A DNA stretch of 33,259 nt from Bacteroidota bacterium. Its GTDB lineage: Bacteria > Bacteroidota > Bacteroidia > Bacteroidales > CAYTAU01. Below the pieces are notes generated by a model. That model ran no database searches. It saw only the letters and a list, made by a program, of their open reading frames with translations, and was not told the origin of the DNA. Numbering within the stretch: position 1 is the first letter of the stretch; each line of letters starts with the position of its first letter. Below, piece by piece: positions 17,805-24,412 of the stretch. The stretch is taken from the NCBI GenBank assembly GCA_043826845.1, contig JBDRPR010000197.1:1-33259 (forward strand), in the 5' to 3' direction. The position numbers and the translations under genes were made by a program.

Positions 17805-18344
17805 ATGCAACAAAATTCACAAGCAAAATTAATTGTCATTGATCCCGACAAATGTACAGGTTGCCATAGTTGCGAAATGGCTTGTTCTATTAGACATTTT
17901 AATGTATGCGGAACAAACTATTCGCGAATCAGGGTACATGAATTCCGGGATGTAAACACGTTTATTCCGGTGATGTGTCAGGCATGCGAAGATCCGATTT
18001 GCGTTAAAATATGCCCTGTAAATGCACGAATGAGGCTCGAAAGCGGTGCCATGGTCACTGATGATCAAAAGTGCATTGGATGTAAAGCGTGTATTCACGC
18101 ATGTCCTTTCGGAGCATCAGTTATGAATCCTGTTACAGGAAAAACCATGAGTTGTGATCTTTGTAATGATGATGAACTTGGTCCCTGGTGCGTAAAAGCA
18201 TGTACTATGCAAAAAGCGTTAAATTATATAAGAGCCAGTGATGCCGCTAAAGCACGAGGAAGAGAATGGGCAAAAAACCTGATGAAAGACTATAAAGTTC
18301 CGGGTACTGAAGAAGAGGATTTTGGATTTAGTTTTAATGTTTAA
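17805..18344 (+). CDS. Four-cluster [4Fe-4S] electron-transfer subunit (AorA-like / DmsB-type ferredoxin)
   Basis: Four Cys groups: CTGCHSCEMAC, CQACEDPICVKICP, CIGCKACIHACP and CDLC...WCVKAC. Confidence 0.8.
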   Translation: MQQNSQAKLIVIDPDKCTGCHSCEMACSIRHFNVCGTNYSRIRVHEFRDVNTFIPVMCQACEDPICVKICPVNARMRLESGAMVTDDQKCIGCKACIHACPFGASVMNPVTGKTMSCDLCNDDELGPWCVKACTMQKALNYIRASDAAKARGREWAKNLMKDYKVPGTEEEDFGFSFNV

Positions 18345-18396
18345 CCAATCAATTTCGCCTTCGATGACTTGGAGAAAAGCGAAACCCAAATATAAA

Positions 18397-18455
18397 AAAC
18401 AACAACCATTATGTTTAAAAATAAACCACAAATAAAATAGTAAGGAGATACAATT
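18397..18455 (+). promoter_or_regulatory. Leader element copy A: (AAC)n tract, mini-uORF and AGGAGA SD upstream of the AOR gene
   Basis: aacaacaacc-attatgt...aaacca...aataaaat...aggaga-ta-caattATGA. The same ordered blocks occur at 21764-21811. Confidence 0.4.
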
Positions 18456-20441
18456 ATGAATGGCTGTACAGGACAAAGACTGCGAATAAATCTGACAAAT
18501 AAGACATACGAGATAGAAAAATTATCTGTAGAGTATTATAAAAAATGGATAGGCGGCAGAGGTATGAATTCAGAAGTAGTGTATCATGAAACAAAACAAG
18601 GTATGGATCCTTTCGATCCGCAAAATCCTCTTTGTTTTGGCTCAGGGCCCTTGGTGGGTTCATTTGCTCCGCTTTCAGGAAGAACAACTATCAGCACACG
18701 ATCACCGATGACATGTTCAAATATGGGAACTGATATTCACGGTCACGGTGATACCAACATGGGCGGTGGTTGGGGGCCTATGATGAAATATGCCGGTTAT
18801 GACCAGATTATTGTTAAAGGTAAATCAGAAAAACCTGTTTATGTTTTTGTTGACGATGGTAAAATTGAATTTCGTGATGCAAGCCACTTATGGGGAATTG
18901 CAACAAAAAAAGCTACCATGAAAATTCTTGAAGAGTTGGGAGATTCTGATATCCGCGTAGCGCTGATTGGGCCTGCCGGAGAAAAACTAGTCCGGTTTGC
19001 ATGCGTGATGAATTCTTTCAGTGCTTCCGGCGGAAGAACTGGTATGGGAGCTGTAATGGGTTCAAAAAATTTGAAAGCCATTGCTGTGAGAGGAACAAAT
19101 CCTATTAAAATAGCACATCCTGAAGAGTTTATGAAAGCTTCATGGACACTGCGCGATAAAATTCATGAATCTCCTTCGGCAATACGTAGGAGAGCAGAAG
19201 GATCGCTTGATCTTTTCGACGTAGGTAATGCCATTGGTATCAATGCACATAAAAATTGTTCCACAGGCTACATGAAAGATATTGAAACTTTATATGGTGG
19301 TATGGAATGGGCTAAAGAATTTCTTTTTAGAAGAAAAGCCTGTTGGTCGTGCCCGGTAGGATGCGGAAGATATACATATATCAAAGAAGGTAAATATGCG
19401 GGATTCAACTGCGGAGGTCCTGAAATGGAAAGTCTTTGTAACCTAGGACCAAGAATTGATTCTGTTGACATAGCTGGTGTTACAGTTATGTGTGGTATTG
19501 TTAACGAACTTGGAATGGACAGCGTTTCTGCCGGAGCTGCTTTATCATGGACAATGGAAGCTTTTGAGAAAGGTTATATTACTGAAAAGGAAACAGGGGG
19601 AATAAGGCTTGAATGGGGCGATGTTGATACTTCAATTAAAGTTCTTGATATGATAGCCAAACGTGAAGGCTTTGGAGATATTCTTGCGGAAGGAAACATT
19701 CGTGTTGCTGAAAAGTTAGGGGTTGGATTGGATATTGTTCCTCATTGCCGCGGACTGGAGCATATCAGCGTTGATCCTAGAATTGCTTTAGGATTCAGTC
19801 TTGGATATGCAATGTCCACCAGAGGTTCAGATCATCTTAAAAATTATTCCTGTCTTGAATTTCCTGGCTGTGCAAAAAGCCGTTCATATCAGGTTGATGA
19901 AGTTTTAAAACCAGAAACAGCAAAAAAATTCTGGGATAACTTTCCTTCGCAAATGACCAAGATTGATACCAAACCTGAACTATGCAACTGGTCTGAAAAA
20001 AATAAATGTATCGCTGATGCTGTTGGATGTTGTTGTCAGGCAATAGGTTCATGGGGTGGTGCTGGAACATGGAAAGAGGCATATGCTCCATTACTTCGTC
20101 TTGCCACAGGTTTTGATTTTACCGATGAAGAAATATTCAAATCTGCTGAAAGAATTATTAATATTGAAAGGGCACATTGGCTAAGGGACGGAAGTGCAGT
20201 TCAGGACGACATACATATTAATAGGTACTTTGACGAACCTGTTGCAGGCGGTCCTCATAAAGGATTGAAGCTTGACAGGAAAGAATGGGCCTGGGCACAA
20301 CAGGAATATTATTCACTTAAAGAATGGGACGAGGATGGTTTTATTACTCCGCAAAAAGCTACAGAATTAGATATTCCTGAAATTATACCTGACATGAAAA
20401 AAGGGAAAGAAATTTATATGAAATGGTTGGCAAAAAAATAG
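18456..20441 (+). CDS. aor: Tungsten/molybdopterin aldehyde:ferredoxin oxidoreductase family catalytic subunit (AorB-like)
   Basis: Typical AOR N-terminus (GQRLRINLTNKTYEIEKLSVEYYKKWIGGRGMN), a Cys-containing FeS region (CWSCPVGCGR) and 661 aa length. An AAGGAG SD lies 8 nt upstream. Confidence 0.85.
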   Translation: MNGCTGQRLRINLTNKTYEIEKLSVEYYKKWIGGRGMNSEVVYHETKQGMDPFDPQNPLCFGSGPLVGSFAPLSGRTTISTRSPMTCSNMGTDIHGHGDTNMGGGWGPMMKYAGYDQIIVKGKSEKPVYVFVDDGKIEFRDASHLWGIATKKATMKILEELGDSDIRVALIGPAGEKLVRFACVMNSFSASGGRTGMGAVMGSKNLKAIAVRGTNPIKIAHPEEFMKASWTLRDKIHESPSAIRRRAEGSLDLFDVGNAIGINAHKNCSTGYMKDIETLYGGMEWAKEFLFRRKACWSCPVGCGRYTYIKEGKYAGFNCGGPEMESLCNLGPRIDSVDIAGVTVMCGIVNELGMDSVSAGAALSWTMEAFEKGYITEKETGGIRLEWGDVDTSIKVLDMIAKREGFGDILAEGNIRVAEKLGVGLDIVPHCRGLEHISVDPRIALGFSLGYAMSTRGSDHLKNYSCLEFPGCAKSRSYQVDEVLKPETAKKFWDNFPSQMTKIDTKPELCNWSEKNKCIADAVGCCCQAIGSWGGAGTWKEAYAPLLRLATGFDFTDEEIFKSAERIINIERAHWLRDGSAVQDDIHINRYFDEPVAGGPHKGLKLDRKEWAWAQQEYYSLKEWDEDGFITPQKATELDIPEIIPDMKKGKEIYMKWLAKK

Positions 20442-20448
20442 TTCAACC

Positions 20449-21720
20449 ATGAAAATTGTTATTATTGGAAACGGAATCGCCGGCAATTATATTGCTTTTT
20501 CTCTGAGGCAATTCAATTATCCATGCGACATTACTATTATATCTAATGAAAAATTTCCTGAATACGATCCATGTTCTTTGCCGTATTTTATCGGAGGCGA
20601 AATTTCAAGAGATGCAATTTTTAAAAGACAAATAAGCGACTATAAAATAAATCAAATAAATCTGATTTCCGGCAACGGCGCTGTTTCAATTAACTCCATA
20701 ACTAAAACCATAATCCTTGAAAAAGGAGACATGATCGAATACGATAAACTTATACTTGCATACGGCGGAAAACTTTTTATTCCAAATATCGAAGGAATAG
20801 ATATAAAAGGTGTTTTTAGCTGCAAACAACTACACCATGCTGACAAACTTAGTGAATCTGATGGCAAAGTAGCTGTTGTTATTGGTTCCGGCGCAATTGG
20901 AATTGAGGTTGCGGAAGCTCTGAAAAGAAAAGGATATAATGTTAGTATCATCGAACTGCTTAGTTGGATCATACCTGCTATGTTCGACAAACCAGCCGCT
21001 GAAATACTTAAAAAAGCACTTAATAATTACGGGATAAATGTTTTTACAGGTGAAAAGGTAATCAGTATTGATGGCACTAATACCGTAAAGAGTGTCACAA
21101 CTGATAAACGCACTATATCGTGCGATACGGTTGTAGTTGCAACAGGTGTAGTAACTGATAAATCTCTTGCTGAATCAGCTGGAATATCTGTGGGAAGGGC
21201 AATTATTGTAAACAACAAAATGGAAACTAATATTAATGATATTTTTGCCTGCGGAGATTGTGCTGAAGCTTTTGATGCTTTCTCAGGAGAAAAATGCAAT
21301 TATCAGTTAAAACATAATGCTATAGAACAAGCTGAGATTATTGCACAGAATATTTCCGGTAAAGATCTTAATTATGTCGGTGCTTATCCCTTTGCAAGAG
21401 CACATTTTTTTAAAACTCATTCGTCATCCTTTGGGAAAACTGTGAGTTCTTTTAAAAACATGGACGACGTTGAAGTAATTGATAGAGAAGAAAATAATGA
21501 ATATCTCAGGGTGATTCTGAAATCCGGAAAAATTGTTGGAGCACAGGCAATAGGAAAATATGCTGATAACATGGGATTATTTTTAAGTGCAATGTGGCAG
21601 AAAAATGATATTCATGAAATAAAAAATAACTGGCAGAAAATTTTACAGATTGATTCCCCCTATCCCTGGACATACCGTAAATTAGGTAATTTACTGGGAT
21701 TCGGACAAAGTATTTCGTAA
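20449..21720 (+). CDS. FAD/NAD(P)-dependent pyridine nucleotide-disulfide oxidoreductase (AorC-like; Nox/CoADR-type with Cys42)
   Basis: MKIVIIGNGIAGNYIA Rossmann motif, a second dinucleotide fold VAVVIGSGAIGIEVAEAL, and YDPCSLPYFIGGEI with the Cys at residue 42, as in NADH oxidase/CoA-disulfide reductases. It starts 7 nt after the AOR gene. Confidence 0.75.
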   Translation: MKIVIIGNGIAGNYIAFSLRQFNYPCDITIISNEKFPEYDPCSLPYFIGGEISRDAIFKRQISDYKINQINLISGNGAVSINSITKTIILEKGDMIEYDKLILAYGGKLFIPNIEGIDIKGVFSCKQLHHADKLSESDGKVAVVIGSGAIGIEVAEALKRKGYNVSIIELLSWIIPAMFDKPAAEILKKALNNYGINVFTGEKVISIDGTNTVKSVTTDKRTISCDTVVVATGVVTDKSLAESAGISVGRAIIVNNKMETNINDIFACGDCAEAFDAFSGEKCNYQLKHNAIEQAEIIAQNISGKDLNYVGAYPFARAHFFKTHSSSFGKTVSSFKNMDDVEVIDREENNEYLRVILKSGKIVGAQAIGKYADNMGLFLSAMWQKNDIHEIKNNWQKILQIDSPYPWTYRKLGNLLGFGQSIS

Positions 21721-21763
21721 ATATTGAATTTTGTAAACAGAAATAAATAGTTAATATTAATAA

Positions 21764-21811
21764 TAACAACAAACAACCTATGTCAAACCAATAAAATCAG
21801 GAGAATCAATT
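21764..21811 (+). promoter_or_regulatory. Leader element copy B: (AAC)n tract, mini-uORF and AGGAGA SD upstream of the amidohydrolase-like gene
   Basis: aacaacaaacaacc-tatgt-c-aaacca-ataaaat-c-aggaga-at-caattATGA. The 3' 17 nt are 15/17 identical to copy A. Confidence 0.4.
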
Positions 21812-22867
21812 ATGAGCAAAGCTAGCGAAGAATGGGCAAAAAGACCTTATGGCAGAGTCATCACAGAAGAAGAAATGAAAAAACGTTCTCATCCTGCATG
21901 GCCATATATTTATTTTAACCCGGGTACACCCGTTGAACCTGAAAAGGTGGAAAGAATTCTGAAAGGTGTTATTGATGTCCATATTCATGGTGCACCACTT
22001 GGAGGCTGGCTTGCCGGCAGACCAACAATAGTTGAAACATGCATCGAAGCAAGCGAAGCAGGGATGAAAGCTCTTGTTTTCAAAGATCATAATACAATGG
22101 TGAATAACTGTGCTATTATTGTACAGGATTTTCTTGAAAGGATGGCAAAAGAAAAAGCCAAAGCCGGAATTGATTTTACACCAGTAGAAGTTTATGGTGG
22201 AATTACACTGAACGAGTCTGTTGGTGGAATGAATCTGAAAGCTGTTAAAACAGCTCTTGATTATGGAAGATGTAAAGAGATATGGTTGCCTTCACTTGAT
22301 GCAAAACATCAACGTCAGGCGATGGGTGCCCAAGGCGGAATATCTGTTACCTCAGGAGCCGACGAACTCACAAAGGAGATGATAGATATACTTGATCTGC
22401 TTGCTCAGTATAATAATAACTCAAAAGGCGAAAGAGTAGCTTTATCAACTTGTCATGTTTCAAATGAAGAAAAAGTTGCTGTTTTAAAATATGTGAAGAA
22501 AAAAAACATGGATGTGAAAATTCTGCTTGATCATGTAACTCAGGAAATGACTATTTTAAATCCAGATGAAGCAAAAGAAATGATAGACTTAGGCGGATAC
22601 CTCGAATTTGCTGAATGTTCATGTGTGCCTTGGGCTGGGATGCAGGACTGGATTATTGCCTTCGATTATTCTTTTGCTCTGATTAAAGAACTTATTAAAG
22701 AAAAAGGTCCTGAACAACTCGTTTTGATTACTGATGCAGGCCAACCAGGTAATAATCCTGTGCCAGGATGGAAAATGTTTATTAAAACATTATTAGCACA
22801 AGGAGTAAGTGAATCGGAAATTAATGTGATGGCAAAAGAAATACCGGCGAAGTTAATATATGGGTAA
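21812..22867 (+). CDS. Uncharacterised amidohydrolase/TIM-barrel metal-hydrolase-fold protein
   Basis: N-terminal HxH motif (VIDVHIHGAP), later His residues (CHVSNEE, LLDHVTQE) and a late Asp strand (LVLITDAGQPG), a pattern typical of the amidohydrolase superfamily. I did not recognise the specific family. Confidence 0.5.
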   Translation: MSKASEEWAKRPYGRVITEEEMKKRSHPAWPYIYFNPGTPVEPEKVERILKGVIDVHIHGAPLGGWLAGRPTIVETCIEASEAGMKALVFKDHNTMVNNCAIIVQDFLERMAKEKAKAGIDFTPVEVYGGITLNESVGGMNLKAVKTALDYGRCKEIWLPSLDAKHQRQAMGAQGGISVTSGADELTKEMIDILDLLAQYNNNSKGERVALSTCHVSNEEKVAVLKYVKKKNMDVKILLDHVTQEMTILNPDEAKEMIDLGGYLEFAECSCVPWAGMQDWIIAFDYSFALIKELIKEKGPEQLVLITDAGQPGNNPVPGWKMFIKTLLAQGVSESEINVMAKEIPAKLIYG

Positions 22868-23762
22868 TTCTGGTTTTATTACTGAAATTAAACGTTTCGC
22901 CACTCATGATGGACCGGGTATCAGAACTGCTGTTTTTTTAAAAGGCTGTCCGCTTGATTGTAAATGGTGTTCGAATCCTGAATCAAAGGCATTAAATCCC
23001 CAACTTTATTTTATTTCAAAACGGTGCAAAAATTTCGGTAATTGTATTAGCGTGTGTCCTGAAAAAATTATTAATCCTGATGTTAATAATAAAATAAACA
23101 GAGGTAAATGCACCAATTGTATGCTTTGTGCTGAAGAATGCATCAATGGTGCTTTTCAGATAGTCGGGAAAGAGTTTTCAGCAGATGAATTATTTAAAGA
23201 AATTGTAAAAGATGTACCTTTTTATGGTAGCGATGGTGGTTTGACATTAAGTGGAGGAGAGCCATTGTTTCAATTTGAATTTTCTCTTTCGATTTTAAAA
23301 AAATGCAAAGATGCTGGAATTTCAACAGTGGTAGATACTTCAGGCTACGCTAATTCAGAAATAGTAAAAGACATTATTAAATACACAGATTTGTTTCTAT
23401 ATGATATCAAACACATGGATTCTGAAAAACACATTACAGGAACAGGTGTGAATAATAAAAATATTTTAGAAAATGCAGCTGAAATTTCTTCAAAAACAAA
23501 TATCAGAATATCATTACCATTGATTCCAGGATTCAATGATGACAAAAAAAACATCGAAGAGACAGCAAGATTTGCAAATTCTTTAAAAATAAAATTTATT
23601 GATATTAATCCTTTTCATAATTTAGGAGCCGATAAATATAATTATCTTGGAATAGCAAATCCATCTCAATTATATGAACCAATAAAGAAAGAAGATATAA
23701 TTAGAATAAAAGAAATAATTGAAAAATTCGGTATTGCAATAACTATAGGCAGAATGATGTAG
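22860..23762 (+). CDS. Glycyl-radical enzyme activating protein (radical SAM, with auxiliary ferredoxin-like clusters)
   Basis: THDGPGIRTAVFLKGCPLDCKWCSNPES (CX3CX2C). Two extra clusters (CKNFGNCISVCP, CTNCMLCAEEC). SAM-binding GGEPL. The ATG overlaps the upstream stop by 8 nt. Confidence 0.9.
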   Translation: MGNSGFITEIKRFATHDGPGIRTAVFLKGCPLDCKWCSNPESKALNPQLYFISKRCKNFGNCISVCPEKIINPDVNNKINRGKCTNCMLCAEECINGAFQIVGKEFSADELFKEIVKDVPFYGSDGGLTLSGGEPLFQFEFSLSILKKCKDAGISTVVDTSGYANSEIVKDIIKYTDLFLYDIKHMDSEKHITGTGVNNKNILENAAEISSKTNIRISLPLIPGFNDDKKNIEETARFANSLKIKFIDINPFHNLGADKYNYLGIANPSQLYEPIKKEDIIRIKEIIEKFGIAITIGRMM

Positions 23763-23790
23763 TTTAATAAGAGTTATAAATTTATTTGCG

Positions 23791-24300
23791 ATGCAATTGC
23801 AATTAATACAAAGTAAGATTTATGAAGCAAGAGGGCAAAAAGTAATGCTTGATTTTGATCTTGCTGAATTATATGAAACTGAAACAAAAAGATTAAAAGA
23901 AGCTGTAAGGCGTAATATTGAACGCTTTCCTTCTGATTTTATGTTTGAACTTACAAGAGATGAATATAATTCTCTAAGGACGCAATTTGCGACCTTAGAA
24001 AAAGGCAGGAGTAAATACAGTAAATTCAATCCTTTTGCTTTTACTAAACAAGGTGTTGCTATGCTTGCAAGTGTTTTAAACAGCTTTAAAGCCATGCAGG
24101 TAAATATTTCAATCGTGCGTGCATTTGTTATGGTACGACAATATGCCCTTACTCATAAAGATTTAACAGAAAAATTAAAGAAACTGGAAGACAAGTACAA
24201 CAGGCAATTTTCCGATGTTTATGAAGCGCTGAATTATCTGCTCGAAAAAGACAAAATATTAATTGAACAAAAGCAACGTAGACCTATAGGTTATAAATGA
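23791..24300 (+). CDS. ORF6N-domain (KilA-N-related) DNA-binding protein
   Basis: IYEARGQKVMLDFDLAELYETETKRLKEAVRRNIERFPSDFMFELT...FAFTKQGVAMLASVL matches the ORF6N domain pattern common in Bacteroidota, as I recall it. Confidence 0.75.
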   Translation: MQLQLIQSKIYEARGQKVMLDFDLAELYETETKRLKEAVRRNIERFPSDFMFELTRDEYNSLRTQFATLEKGRSKYSKFNPFAFTKQGVAMLASVLNSFKAMQVNISIVRAFVMVRQYALTHKDLTEKLKKLEDKYNRQFSDVYEALNYLLEKDKILIEQKQRRPIGYK

Positions 24301-24412
24301 AAATTGTAAAATGTATAATATTATGAGACAAATACTTGATGCAAATTTTATTAATGTACATGCAAACGATAGAGACTTGAATAAAATATATCAATAACAA
24401 ATAATAAACTTT

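Noticed and set aside
17853-17867. A CTGCH sequence in the 179-aa protein that looks like a CXXCH heme c-binding site, which would give ccsBA a client.
   Set aside because: It is the start of a CX2CX2CX3C ferredoxin motif (CTGCHSCEMAC) in a cytoplasmic four-cluster FeS protein with no signal peptide.
18345-18455. A possible Moco/Wco riboswitch upstream of the tungsten AOR gene.
   Set aside because: The spacer is only 111 nt and extremely A-rich. I could find only a weak TTTCGC...GCGAAA stem and none of the multi-helix architecture expected for that class. An Infernal scan is needed to be sure.
23763-24412. The ORF6N gene as a discrete mobile element with terminal repeats. GATGCAATTGCAATTAATA on the left resembles GATGCAAATTTTATTAATG on the right.
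   Set aside because: The flanks share only about 14/19 positions in AT-rich sequence. The left copy overlaps the gene's own start codon. No integrase, transposase or target duplication is visible.
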